This document shows positions 7,645-16,064 of a DNA stretch of 24,000 nt, piece by piece (positions within the stretch are counted from its first letter, which is position 1; every line of letters starts with the position of its first letter). The DNA is from Tissierellia bacterium. Its GTDB lineage: Bacteria; Bacillota; Clostridia; Peptostreptococcales; Acidaminobacteraceae. The stretch spans positions 981 through 24,980 of the forward strand of contig JAAYOV010000092.1 in the NCBI GenBank assembly GCA_012520095.1, in the 5' to 3' direction. The position numbers and the translations under genes are program-made. The notes beneath the pieces are model-generated. The model was not told the DNA's origin. It did not search any database and worked only from the letters and a program-made list of their open reading frames with translations.

Positions 7645-7971
7645 ATGAATCCATATGATAAGGCCAGGGAACTGGCAAAAGCCATTGAAGGAAGTGCTCA
7701 GTATAAGAACTTTCAGGAGGCTAAAGCCTTGATTGAGGAGAAGCCTTCTGCAAAGGCGATGGTGGAAGATTTCCAGAAAAAACAGCTCGAGCTTCAAAAG
7801 AGAGTTCTTGCAGGCGAAGAGATCGATGAAAAAGCACAAGAGAATTTGCAGGAATTGTATTCTGTACTTGCTCTCGATCCCGATGCTGCGAATTTTCTCA
7901 ACACCGAATTTTCCCTCGGACAGATGATACAGGAGATTATGAACATCCTGACAGATGTTCTCGAGCGTTAG
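7645..7971 (+). CDS. YheA/YlbF/YmcA-family protein (UPF0342, Com_YlbF-like)
   Basis: 108 aa. MNPYDKARELAKAIEGSAQYKNFQEAKALIEEKPSAKAMVEDFQKKQLELQKRVLAGEEI is colinear with my recollection of B. subtilis YheA ([26 protein letters not shown]...). GGAGGTG at 7634-7640. ATG 7645 lies 1 nt after the rnj stop (TAA 7641-7643). Confidence 0.8.
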   Translation: MNPYDKARELAKAIEGSAQYKNFQEAKALIEEKPSAKAMVEDFQKKQLELQKRVLAGEEIDEKAQENLQELYSVLALDPDAANFLNTEFSLGQMIQEIMNILTDVLER

Positions 7972-7979
7972 GAGAGATA

Positions 7980-8987
7980 ATGAAAAAGATATCTTTTTTA
8001 CTGGCGATCATTCTTCTGCTGACAGGCTGTACAATGGTGAAAGAGTCCATGCTTAAGCCGGTCGACGAGAGCGACACGACGCCGTATCATGTGACCGTAG
8101 ATGAGGACATGAGTCTCTCCGAGTTAGGCGATTGGTTGAACGAAAACGAGTTGGTTGCCAGTAAACGCGCCTTCATCAACTATATGCTCGATGAAGAACT
8201 CGACGGATTTCTTCAGCCCGGAGACTACGTAATCACAAAGTCCATGAGTCTTCCTGAGATCGCCGCCCTTATTACAGAGCCTCCCAAGAGTGCCGAGACG
8301 ATTTCTTTGACGATTCAAGAAGGGCGAGAAAACAGAGAAATAGCCGCAATATTTGAAGATGCTGGACTTTTCAGTGCAGAAGAGTTTTTACAGGCTCTGC
8401 GGGAAGTCAATTTTGATTACGATTTTTTAGAAGATGTTGACCAGCAGTACGGCTACGAGGGATATCTTTTTCCGGATACATATGAGTTTTATGTAGACAC
8501 GACGCCTGAAGAAGTCATCAAGAAGATGCTCGACAACTTTGATCAACGCTTCACAAAGGAAATGCGCGATGACACTCGCGCTGCCGGAATGACGATCGAC
8601 GATGTCGTGCGTCTGGCAAGCATCATTGAGCGCGAAGGAGCCGATTATTCTGAGTTTCCGATTATCTCCAGCGTGTTTCACAATCGTCTCGATATAGACA
8701 TGAAACTTCAAAGCTGTGCGACCGTTCAATTTATCATTGAAGAGAGAAAGGTCAATCTTACATATGAGGAGATGGGGATCGATTCTCCATTCAACACCTA
8801 TGTCATTACAGGCCTACCGCCCTCTGCGATTGCAAATCCCGGTCTTGCAGCCCTTGAAGCGGCGATTTATCCGGCAGATACGAATTATTTTTATTTCGTT
8901 GCCAAAGGAGACGGAGAGAACACTCATTACTTTGCTGAGACGTATGAAGAACATCAGCGAAATGTAGAAAAGAGCGGAGACTTATAA
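7980..8987 (+). CDS. mltG: Endolytic murein transglycosylase MltG (YceG-like), with a lipoprotein-type signal peptide
   Basis: YceG motifs: LTIQEG, GYLFPDTYEF, LASIIEREG, FNTYVITGLPPSAIANPG, YFYFVAKGDG..HYFAETYEEH. N-terminus MKKISFLLAIILLLTGC has lipobox L-T-G-C, with Cys17. Confidence 0.9.
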   Translation: MKKISFLLAIILLLTGCTMVKESMLKPVDESDTTPYHVTVDEDMSLSELGDWLNENELVASKRAFINYMLDEELDGFLQPGDYVITKSMSLPEIAALITEPPKSAETISLTIQEGRENREIAAIFEDAGLFSAEEFLQALREVNFDYDFLEDVDQQYGYEGYLFPDTYEFYVDTTPEEVIKKMLDNFDQRFTKEMRDDTRAAGMTIDDVVRLASIIEREGADYSEFPIISSVFHNRLDIDMKLQSCATVQFIIEERKVNLTYEEMGIDSPFNTYVITGLPPSAIANPGLAALEAAIYPADTNYFYFVAKGDGENTHYFAETYEEHQRNVEKSGDL

Positions 8988-9001
8988 GTCTCCTTCTTTT
9001 T
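8976..9001 (+). terminator. Rho-independent terminator after mltG
   Basis: GGAGACTT (8976-8983) and AAGTCTCC (8986-8993) form a perfect inverted repeat spanning the TAA stop, followed by TTCTTTTTG. Confidence 0.7.
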
Positions 9002-9039
9002 GAACGCATGGATTGTCTTCAAAAGGGTAAATTCTTTTG

Positions 9040-9069
9040 TTGAAACCATGCCCCTATGGTATGATAAAT
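9040..9069 (+). promoter_or_regulatory. Candidate sigma-A promoter for the peptidase-efp unit
   Basis: TTGAAA at 9040-9045. Either the extended -10 TGgTATGAT (9057-9065, short 14-nt spacer) or ATAAAT (9064-9069, 18-nt spacer). GGAGG at 9084-9088 and ATG 9094 follow. Confidence 0.4.
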
Positions 9070-9093
9070 GAGAGATGTTTACCGGAGGTCATC

Positions 9094-10149
9094 ATGGATC
9101 GATTGACGAGAGTGCGAAGAAAAATGAAGGAAACGTCTTTAGACGCTGCTCTATTTTACAAACCTGAGAATCTCTTTTATTTAAGCGGCTTTACCGGCTC
9201 GAGCGGATTCCTTCTCATTACTCCTTCTCAAAGTTATATTTTGACGGATTTCAGATATTTTTCACAGGTGAAAGAACAGTCGCCGGATTTTGAACTGGCG
9301 GCTCTGGATGATTCTCATACGCTGTATGATCTTATTTCCCGGTTGACCAAAGGGAGTTTAGGGATTGAAGAAGAGCATATGAGTGTTGAGTTCTATGAGA
9401 AGCTAAAAGCGGTTTTTCCCGGCGAGATGCTTCCCATGAAGCAATTTATTGAAGATCTTCGAATGATCAAAGATGAGAAAGAGCTCTTACTGATGCAAAG
9501 AGCACAAGATATCGCCGATGAAACGTATCTTGAGATCCTCGACATCGTCTCAGCCGGCATGACGGAGGAGGATCTTTCTCAGGAAATCTATCTGAGACTT
9601 CGAAAAAAAGGCGCGTCGGGAACGTCGTTTGAAACGATCGTCGCTTCCGGAGTACGCGGGGCGCTTCCTCACGGAATTGCCTCTGACAAGATCATGCAGC
9701 GAGGCGAACTCGTTACGATCGACTTTGGCTGTATCTATAAAGGATACTGCTCAGATATGACACGCACCTTTGCTTTGGGTAGAGCCGATGATCAGCAGCG
9801 TGAGATCTATGAGATCGTTTTAGAGGCTCAGCTTGCTGCGATGGATGTGATTAAGCCGGGAGTGTCTACGCAAGTTGTCGATAAGACGGCAAGAGACATT
9901 ATCGCAGGGTATGGATATGCACAGAATTTCGGGCATGGATTGGGACATTCTCTGGGAATAGCCATCCATGAAAATCCGCGCTTTTCACCTATGTGTGACA
10001 TTGCGCTGGAGCCGGGAATGGTCATGACCAACGAACCCGGGATATATATAGAGGACTTTGGCGGTGTCCGTATTGAAGATTCCCTTGTGGTTACTGAAGA
10101 CGGACATCGTATTATGGCGCGTTCGCCAAAAGAATTGATTGAAGTATAG
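9094..10149 (+). CDS. M24B-family Xaa-Pro aminopeptidase/dipeptidase (YqhT/PapA-like)
   Basis: Creatinase-like N-terminal domain, then pita-bread fold metal ligands in VTIDFGCIYKGYCSDMTRT, HGLGHSLGIAIHE, NEPGIY and VRIEDS. Start ATG 9094 follows GGAGG; the TTG 9037 of the track is rejected. It sits directly upstream of efp, as yqhT does in B. subtilis. Confidence 0.9.
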   Translation: MDRLTRVRRKMKETSLDAALFYKPENLFYLSGFTGSSGFLLITPSQSYILTDFRYFSQVKEQSPDFELAALDDSHTLYDLISRLTKGSLGIEEEHMSVEFYEKLKAVFPGEMLPMKQFIEDLRMIKDEKELLLMQRAQDIADETYLEILDIVSAGMTEEDLSQEIYLRLRKKGASGTSFETIVASGVRGALPHGIASDKIMQRGELVTIDFGCIYKGYCSDMTRTFALGRADDQQREIYEIVLEAQLAAMDVIKPGVSTQVVDKTARDIIAGYGYAQNFGHGLGHSLGIAIHENPRFSPMCDIALEPGMVMTNEPGIYIEDFGGVRIEDSLVVTEDGHRIMARSPKELIEV

Positions 10150-10161
10150 AAAAGGGGTTGT

Positions 10162-10722
10162 ATGATTTCAGCAAATGATTTTCGAAAAGGTCTGACATTT
10201 GAGATTGACGGCGTTCCGTATGTGATTCTGGATTTTCAGCATGTCAAACCCGGCAAGGGAGCTGCTTTTGTTCGGACAAAATATAGGAATATTATTACCG
10301 GAGCGATTCGTGAAGAGGCGTTTAATCCGGGAGATCGATTCCACCCGGCGCATATTGAGCGCAAAAACATGCAGTATCTTTATAATGACGGAGAGTTTTA
10401 TTACTTCATGGACAATGAGACGTATGAGCAGATACCGCTGACTTTTGAACAGGTGGAGGAGGCCATTAAGTATCTTCGGGAAAACGACTCGGTTGATATT
10501 CGCTTTTATAAAGGGCGAGTCATCGACGTGGAAGCGCCGAATTTTGTCGAACTTCTCATTGTTGAGGCAGAACCCGGTGTCCGAGGAGACACGGCCTCCA
10601 ATATAACTAAGAAAGCCGTTTTAGAGACCGGAGCGGAAGTCAATGTTCCTCTGTTTATCAATGTAGGCGACACCATTAAAATCGATACGCGTACGGGAGA
10701 ATATCTCTCGCGCAGCAATTAA
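10162..10722 (+). CDS. efp: Translation elongation factor P
   Basis: [47 protein letters not shown], with the conserved KPGKG loop. 186 aa. Confidence 0.97.
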   Translation: MISANDFRKGLTFEIDGVPYVILDFQHVKPGKGAAFVRTKYRNIITGAIREEAFNPGDRFHPAHIERKNMQYLYNDGEFYYFMDNETYEQIPLTFEQVEEAIKYLRENDSVDIRFYKGRVIDVEAPNFVELLIVEAEPGVRGDTASNITKKAVLETGAEVNVPLFINVGDTIKIDTRTGEYLSRSN

Positions 10723-10732
10723 GGAGATTCCA

Positions 10733-11197
10733 ATGAGTTTGATTCGAGAAAAGTATAACTATCTGCAGGGTTTAGCGGAAGGATTAGAGATCGGTTCAAC
10801 GAGTAAAGAGGGGAAACTCCTTATGGGGATTCTTGAGCTTCTCGATGAAATCACTCTGAACCTGGAAGAACTGGAGGAGTATGTCGAAGATATTGATGAG
10901 ACCATCCTCGATTTGGATGAGGAAATAGCTGAGCTCCAAGATGAGGCGTTCGGAATGAACGACGATCTCTTCCACTCGTTTAATAATGGCTATGACTATG
11001 GTCTTGATGATGAAGATTATGTCGACGAAGAGATGTTGGACTATGATGAATTTGAAATCTATTGTCCAAGCTGCGGAGCTTTCATCCCTTACGAAGCGGA
11101 AGACGAAGTGATTGTCTGCCCTGAATGTGCTCAAGTGATTGAAATCCTCGAAGAAGACGAAGAAGACGAAGATGTCGAGGAGATTCAGGAAGACTGA
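10733..11197 (+). CDS. Uncharacterised, extremely acidic protein with a C-terminal zinc ribbon
   Basis: 154 aa. By my count 54 Asp+Glu against 4 Lys+Arg. Helical N-terminus (YLQGLAEGLEIGSTSKEGKLLMGILELLDEI). CPSC-x17-CPEC zinc-ribbon motif. AAGGAG lies 7 nt upstream of the ATG and 10 nt after the efp stop. From memory it resembles what NCBI labels 'CD1247 N-terminal domain-containing protein'; I have not verified this. Confidence 0.7.
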   Translation: MSLIREKYNYLQGLAEGLEIGSTSKEGKLLMGILELLDEITLNLEELEEYVEDIDETILDLDEEIAELQDEAFGMNDDLFHSFNNGYDYGLDDEDYVDEEMLDYDEFEIYCPSCGAFIPYEAEDEVIVCPECAQVIEILEEDEEDEDVEEIQED

Positions 11198-11212
11198 TTT
11201 CGCAATGAATGA

Positions 11213-11247
11213 AAGAGCAGATATGTTTTCTGTCTGCTCTTTTTTTG
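11213..11247 (+). terminator. Rho-independent terminator after the acidic zinc-ribbon gene
   Basis: AGAGCAGA (11215-11222) pairs with TCTGCTCT (11234-11241), extendable by A-T pairs. 11-nt loop. Followed by a T7 tract at 11241-11247. Confidence 0.75.
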
Positions 11248-11274
11248 AGTCAAGCGGAGGGTTTTGCTATAATC
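11246..11274 (+). promoter_or_regulatory. Sigma-A promoter with extended -10 for the asp23-nusB...pdp array
   Basis: TTGAGT (11246-11251), a 17-nt spacer, then TGcTATAAT (11266-11274). AAAGGAGA and ATG 11291 follow, implying a very short leader. The -35 overlaps the preceding terminator's T-tract. Confidence 0.65.
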
Positions 11275-11290
11275 GGTAAAAGGAGAATGT

Positions 11291-11647
11291 ATGAATAACA
11301 AAATATATATCGAAGAGAGAGGGAATCTCAATATATCCGAGGAAGCCATCTCGACCATTGTCTCTCACACCGTCAAAGAAATTGAAGGAGTGGCGGGGCT
11401 TCAACATAATGCGTATTCGGAAATAGTCAGATTTTTAGGTCGAGCCGAACATGCCGATGCCATTAGGATGGAAAAAGGGCACGAAGGATTGATTCTGGAT
11501 GTCTATCTTCGAGTCTGTTACGGATTTCGTGTACCGGACGTTGCGGTTAAAGTCCAAGAGTCTATTAAAGGGGCTCTTGAAACGATGCTTCAGGTCAGCG
11601 TGACAAGCATCAATGTCCACGTCGTTGGCATAGAGTACGCCCAGTGA
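11291..11647 (+). CDS. Asp23/Gls24-family envelope stress (alkaline shock) protein, YqhY-like
   Basis: 118 aa. ISEEAISTIVSHTVKEIEGVAGL ... VAVKVQESIKGALETMLQVSVTSINVHVVGI is typical of the Asp23 family. It sits directly upstream of nusB, as yqhY does in B. subtilis. Confidence 0.9.
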   Translation: MNNKIYIEERGNLNISEEAISTIVSHTVKEIEGVAGLQHNAYSEIVRFLGRAEHADAIRMEKGHEGLILDVYLRVCYGFRVPDVAVKVQESIKGALETMLQVSVTSINVHVVGIEYAQ

Positions 11648-12045
11648 CGCGCACAGAGAATAGAGAAGCGCTCATGAAATGGTTCTATGAGTGCGATATG
11701 AAAGAGGAGCTCGATCAACTCTGCGAGATTCCTTTTATAGACAAGCTTCGCCGTCGCAAGGCGGAGCTTCAGTATGCACAAAATCTCACCTCTTCGTTTG
11801 TCGCTCAACGACAAATAATCGACGAAACAATCGAACAGAGCGCGACCGACTGGAGAATTGAGCGGATCGGAAAAGTGGAACTTGCGATTTTACGGGTCGC
11901 CGTGACGGAACTTCTATATTTAAAAGATATTCCGGTCGCCGTCACGATCACACAGGCTCTGGAACTCTCCAAAACGTACGCATCTGACGAATCTGCACCT
12001 TTCATAAACGGGATATTGGGGGCGGTTGCCGATGCAAATGAGTAG
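11644..12045 (+). CDS. nusB: Transcription antitermination factor NusB
   Basis: 133 aa. RIERIGKVELAILRVAVTELLYLKDIPVAVTITQALELSKTYASDESAPFINGILG. GTG start at 11644 forms a GTGA overlap with the asp23 stop. N-terminal TRTENREALMKWFYE matches the conserved NusB R..A...LY region, so ATG 11674 is less likely. Confidence 0.88.
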   Translation: MTRTENREALMKWFYECDMKEELDQLCEIPFIDKLRRRKAELQYAQNLTSSFVAQRQIIDETIEQSATDWRIERIGKVELAILRVAVTELLYLKDIPVAVTITQALELSKTYASDESAPFINGILGAVADANE

Positions 12046-13237
12046 ACTTTCTGTCAGCAAACTCAATCTTTTGATTTCTCAAGAGCTCTCCCTGAGCCCT
12101 TTTCTTCGTCGTGTCGAGGTAGAGGGAGAATTGGCTCGCTTTGTCCGACATGCGAGCGGACATCTTTACTTTACCCTTAAGGATGATTTTTCGAGCATCG
12201 ATTGCACGATGTTTCGCTCGGATGCTGCCAAGCTTACGGCTCCGTTTGAAGAGGGAGATCGAGTGGCGCTGACAGGCAGAATATCCATCTATGAAAAGAA
12301 TGCAAGGCTGCAGCTCTACGCTCGCACAATGACCCCTTTGGGTGAAGGAATCTATCTTAGACAGTTCGAACTCTTAAAAGAGAAGCTTGCAGCCGAAGGG
12401 CTCTTGGATCCTCTCCGAAAGAGATCTCTCCATCCTTTTCCCCAGCGCATAGCTCTGCTCACCTCGCAGACAGGTGCGGCAAAAATTGATTTTATTAAGG
12501 TGCTGCGCGCAAGAAACCCATTGGTTGAGGTGCAGCTTTATCCGATTCCTCTTCAGGGGGACGGAACCGCCGAGGCGATCACAGGCGTGCTCCAATCGAT
12601 TGAAGAGATGCCCTTTGACCTCGTCGTCATTACGAGAGGCGGAGGAAGCTATGAGGATCTTCGGGAGTTTAACGATGAGGGGCTTGCAAGGGTCATTGCA
12701 CAATATCCGATTCCTACTCTCTGCGCCATCGGCCACGAAATAGATTTTACGATTGCAGAACTTGTCGCTGATGTTCGAGGCGCAACACCCACAGAAGCCG
12801 CACAGCTGTCTTGCGCAGACGTGTATTCATATCTTGAACAGAGCAGATCCTCGATCACTTCGCTCCTTAAGCGAACACAGGACCGTCTGCTCCATATGCA
12901 AGAGAAGTTGAGATTTGAAGTGTTGGATAATTTGCGGTTCTCTTTTTTACGACAGAGTGCCCAGGTGAGCCGAAGAGCTGAAGAATTGATTCAAGGAGGA
13001 AGGAGTTCCCTTCAATATCAGCTTCATACTCACTCAAAGATGCTTGAACAAACGGCCTCTCATTTGGAGAGCTTAAATCCACTTCGCATTTTGTCCAGAG
13101 GTTATTCACTCGTCCATTACGACGGACATGTCCTCACCGACCTGAAGCGTCTTCACATTGGAGATACGATAGAAAATATCACTGCCGAGGGACGCATTAT
13201 CTCACAGATAGAGGAGATCGAGTATGAACTACAATGA
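12032..13237 (+). CDS. xseA: Exodeoxyribonuclease VII large subunit
   Basis: N-terminal OB fold (VEVEGELARFVRHASGHLYFTLKD), ITRGGGSYEDL, and a coiled-coil C-terminus. ATG 12032 or 12038 are both plausible starts; the track's TTG 12026 is less likely. Overlaps the nusB end. Confidence 0.93.
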   Translation: MQMSRLSVSKLNLLISQELSLSPFLRRVEVEGELARFVRHASGHLYFTLKDDFSSIDCTMFRSDAAKLTAPFEEGDRVALTGRISIYEKNARLQLYARTMTPLGEGIYLRQFELLKEKLAAEGLLDPLRKRSLHPFPQRIALLTSQTGAAKIDFIKVLRARNPLVEVQLYPIPLQGDGTAEAITGVLQSIEEMPFDLVVITRGGGSYEDLREFNDEGLARVIAQYPIPTLCAIGHEIDFTIAELVADVRGATPTEAAQLSCADVYSYLEQSRSSITSLLKRTQDRLLHMQEKLRFEVLDNLRFSFLRQSAQVSRRAEELIQGGRSSLQYQLHTHSKMLEQTASHLESLNPLRILSRGYSLVHYDGHVLTDLKRLHIGDTIENITAEGRIISQIEEIEYELQ

Positions 13238-13418
13238 AAAACTGAAGCGACTTGAAGACATCCGTCTCCAGCTTGAAGCCGGAGGAGATTTGGAAGACTC
13301 GATTCTTCTTTATGAAGAGAGTCTAAAACTATACCGAGAGCTTCGTGTTGAGCTCAAAAAGATGGAAGATCGGTTTGAAGAACTCAGCCGTTCCTTAGAG
13401 GAAGAAGATGTTACGTAA
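13224..13418 (+). CDS. xseB: Exodeoxyribonuclease VII small subunit
   Basis: 64 aa. EKLKRLEDIRLQLEAGGDLEDSILLYEESLKLYRELRVELKKME is the typical XseB helical hairpin. It overlaps xseA by 14 nt and is preceded by GAGGAG. Confidence 0.9.
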   Translation: MNYNEKLKRLEDIRLQLEAGGDLEDSILLYEESLKLYRELRVELKKMEDRFEELSRSLEEEDVT

Positions 13419-14256
13419 GCTGGAAGACACATTAGAAGACATCCTTCGTGAACGCATGATGCAGCGCGCAGAGCTTCATGACGCGATGAAATATACTCTG
13501 ATGGCCGGTGGCAAACGCCTGCGGCCGATGTTGTATTTAAATCATATCAGCGAGGAGATGACTCCCGCTTTCGAAGACTTTCGCTTTGCCGCCGCGATTG
13601 AGATGATCCACACCTATTCTCTGATTCACGATGATTTGCCGGCTATGGACAATGACGACATGCGAAGGGGAATTCCCAGTAATCATCGAGTGCATGGTGA
13701 AGCGATGGCGATTCTTGCAGGTGATGCCTTTTTGAGCGAAGCATTCACCACAGTACTGTACATCATAAGGGATAATCTGCAATTTCTGCCTATGGCCATT
13801 CTCCTTGCCGAAGCGGCGGGAATGCAGGGAATGGTCTACGGGCAGAGCTTGGATATGCTCTTTGAGAAAGAGGATGTACCATATGAGAGTGTTGAGCAGA
13901 TGGTTCGCTTTAAAACGGGTAAGATGATTGCACTGCCCTTGGAAGCGGCAGCTATGCGTCTGGGCTACAGCGGTTTCCGGCGCAGGAAGATCAGGCAGAT
14001 GGGATCGCTCCTAGGTGAGATTTTTCAGCTAAAAGACGACATCCTGGATATATCCGGAGACGAAGATGAATTGGGCAAGCACATAGGAAGCGATGCACTC
14101 GAAGGCAAGCGCACTATACCCGCAATATACGGGCTGGAGAGAGCCGAGTCGATATATGCTGAAAAATGCAGTAAGTTTCGCGCGTATGCGCGTGAAGCGG
14201 AGCTGAGCACACCGTTACTTCAATTTTATGAGATGATTTTACAGAGGCGAAAATGA
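13408..14256 (+). CDS. ispA: Polyprenyl (farnesyl/geranyl) diphosphate synthase, IspA-like
   Basis: First Asp-rich motif LIHDDLPAMDNDDMRRG and second motif FQLKDDILD. KRLRP near the N-terminus. Conserved position between xseB and dxs. Confidence 0.9.
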   Translation: MLRKLEDTLEDILRERMMQRAELHDAMKYTLMAGGKRLRPMLYLNHISEEMTPAFEDFRFAAAIEMIHTYSLIHDDLPAMDNDDMRRGIPSNHRVHGEAMAILAGDAFLSEAFTTVLYIIRDNLQFLPMAILLAEAAGMQGMVYGQSLDMLFEKEDVPYESVEQMVRFKTGKMIALPLEAAAMRLGYSGFRRRKIRQMGSLLGEIFQLKDDILDISGDEDELGKHIGSDALEGKRTIPAIYGLERAESIYAEKCSKFRAYAREAELSTPLLQFYEMILQRRK

Positions 14257-16064
14257 ACGCTGGAATTCTGAACTCGATCCATTCTCCGACCGATCTGAAA
14301 AGACTAAGCATTGAGCAGTTAGAGCAGTTGGCGGCCGAAATCAGGGTCTTTCTCTTGGACAATGTCTCAAAGTCAGGGGGACATCTTTCTTCAAACCTCG
14401 GAAGCGTGGAGCTGATCCTCGCTCTTCACTATGTATTTGACTCACCCAATGACCAGATTATATTTGACGTCGGTCATCAGGCGTATACGCACAAGATCAT
14501 CACGGGAAGGCGTGAAAAATTTACCTCTCTACGCAAGATCGACGGATTGAGCGGTTTTTTAAAGCGAAATGAGAGTGAACATGATATTTATGGAGCGGGG
14601 CATGCTTCTACAGCGGTCTCAGCAGCCTTCGGTTTTGCATATGCAAAATCACTTTTCGGGAATTCATCGCATACAATTGCCGTCGTAGGCGACGGAGCGC
14701 TCGGGGGCGGACTCTCTTTTGAGGCACTCAACTTGCTAGGGGAACGCTCGGAAAAGGTGTTGGTTATTGTCAATGACAATTCCATGAGCATCTCCGAAAA
14801 TGTCGGTGCTCTGAGCAAAACCCTCAACCAGTTGCGAACAAGCCGGGGTTATACGGAATTTAAAGGGCGTCTCCATCGCTTTCTTCCGCAACGAGCGGTT
14901 CGTTCGCTTAAAAACATCAAGACCCGCGTCCGCCATCTATTACAGCCGGCTACTTTTTTTGAGTCAATGGGGATGCGCTATTACGGGCCGATTGATGGCC
15001 ACGATCTCGCCGGATTGATTGATAACTTGAGAGCACTCAGAGATATAGAAGGTCCCGTCGTTCTTCATGTCCACACACAAAAGGGAAGAGGATATGAAAA
15101 GGCGGTAGATCGACCGGATACCTATCATGGAGTGGGAAGCTTCTGTCCGGAAGAAGGCCTTTGCTCGCCGAGCAAACAGGATTTTTCATCGGTCATGGGT
15201 GAAAAGCTCTATCAGATGGCAAAGAAAGACTCTCGTATTGTGGCCGTCACCGCCGCGATGTCGCAGGGAACCGGTCTGGAAGTATTTGAACGAAATCTCC
15301 CGGAGCAATTTCTCGATGTGGGCATCGCCGAGGCAAATGCCTTGAACGTCGCTGCCGGCATGAGTCTTCAGGGAGTGAAGCCTTTTGTCGCCATATACAG
15401 CACTTTTCTTCAAAGAGCCTATGACATTATCCTTCACGACATTGCGCTCCAAGGGTGTCCGGTTGTCATATGCGTAGACAGAAGCGGTCTCGTAGGGGCT
15501 GACGGAGAGACGCATCAGGGAATCTATGATGTCGCGTTTCTCAGCAGTATTCCCGGACTTCGTATCTGGGCTCCCAAAGATAAGCCGGAGCTTGAGAGGA
15601 TGCTTGAAGCGGCAAGAGATATGGATGAGCCGGTGGCCATTCGATATCCAAAAGATACGGCATGGACAATGAATCAGGATCAGAGTGATCTGGATAGGAT
15701 AGAAATGATTGAGCAGAAGGGTTCGGACCATCTCGCATTGTCATATGGACGAACGCTAAAACACATATGTGAAGCTGTCGAAAAGTATGATTTGCATGTC
15801 GATGTCGCGAATCTTCGACAACTTATGCCACTGAATTTTAAGGAGCTTGAAGAGTTGTTTTCGCGTTACCGGCGCGTCTGCTTTTTTGAAGAGGTTGTCT
15901 TCAACGGCTCGACGGCTCAGAAACTAAAGGCCGCTTTTTCGAATATAGAAGTCAAGACTCTTCCGGACTCCTTTATCGAGCAGGGAACCGTTGCTGAACT
16001 CTTGAGAAAGTATGGTCTGGATGTAGAAGGGATTGCCCATGTCCTCCGAGAAAACAAGAGCTGA
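14253..16064 (+). CDS. dxs: 1-deoxy-D-xylulose-5-phosphate synthase
   Basis: INSPTDLK-type N-terminus (IHSPTDLKRLS), SGGHLSSNLGSVELILALHYVF, DVGHQAYTHKIITGR, TPP-binding VVGDGALGGG...NDN. 603 aa. ATGA overlap with ispA. Confidence 0.97.
   Translation: MNAGILNSIHSPTDLKRLSIEQLEQLAAEIRVFLLDNVSKSGGHLSSNLGSVELILALHYVFDSPNDQIIFDVGHQAYTHKIITGRREKFTSLRKIDGLSGFLKRNESEHDIYGAGHASTAVSAAFGFAYAKSLFGNSSHTIAVVGDGALGGGLSFEALNLLGERSEKVLVIVNDNSMSISENVGALSKTLNQLRTSRGYTEFKGRLHRFLPQRAVRSLKNIKTRVRHLLQPATFFESMGMRYYGPIDGHDLAGLIDNLRALRDIEGPVVLHVHTQKGRGYEKAVDRPDTYHGVGSFCPEEGLCSPSKQDFSSVMGEKLYQMAKKDSRIVAVTAAMSQGTGLEVFERNLPEQFLDVGIAEANALNVAAGMSLQGVKPFVAIYSTFLQRAYDIILHDIALQGCPVVICVDRSGLVGADGETHQGIYDVAFLSSIPGLRIWAPKDKPELERMLEAARDMDEPVAIRYPKDTAWTMNQDQSDLDRIEMIEQKGSDHLALSYGRTLKHICEAVEKYDLHVDVANLRQLMPLNFKELEELFSRYRRVCFFEEVVFNGSTAQKLKAAFSNIEVKTLPDSFIEQGTVAELLRKYGLDVEGIAHVLRENKS

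Noticed and set aside
11141-11194. GAAGAAGAC / GAAGA-rich repetition at the 3' end of the acidic ORF
   Set aside because: This is codon-level low complexity encoding an Asp/Glu tail (EEDEEDEDVEEIQED), not a DNA repeat element.
11269-11278. The identical decamer TATAATCGGT occurs in the asp23 promoter (11269-11278) and the scpA promoter (21046-21055), each preceded by TGy
   Set aside because: The TATAAT part is explained by the promoter function. The extra CGGT is only 4 nt, and a 10-mer match is expected by chance many times in a window of this size.
15186-15731. 181-aa ORF antisense to dxs
   Set aside because: A shadow ORF within a highly conserved Dxs region, with no independent coding evidence.
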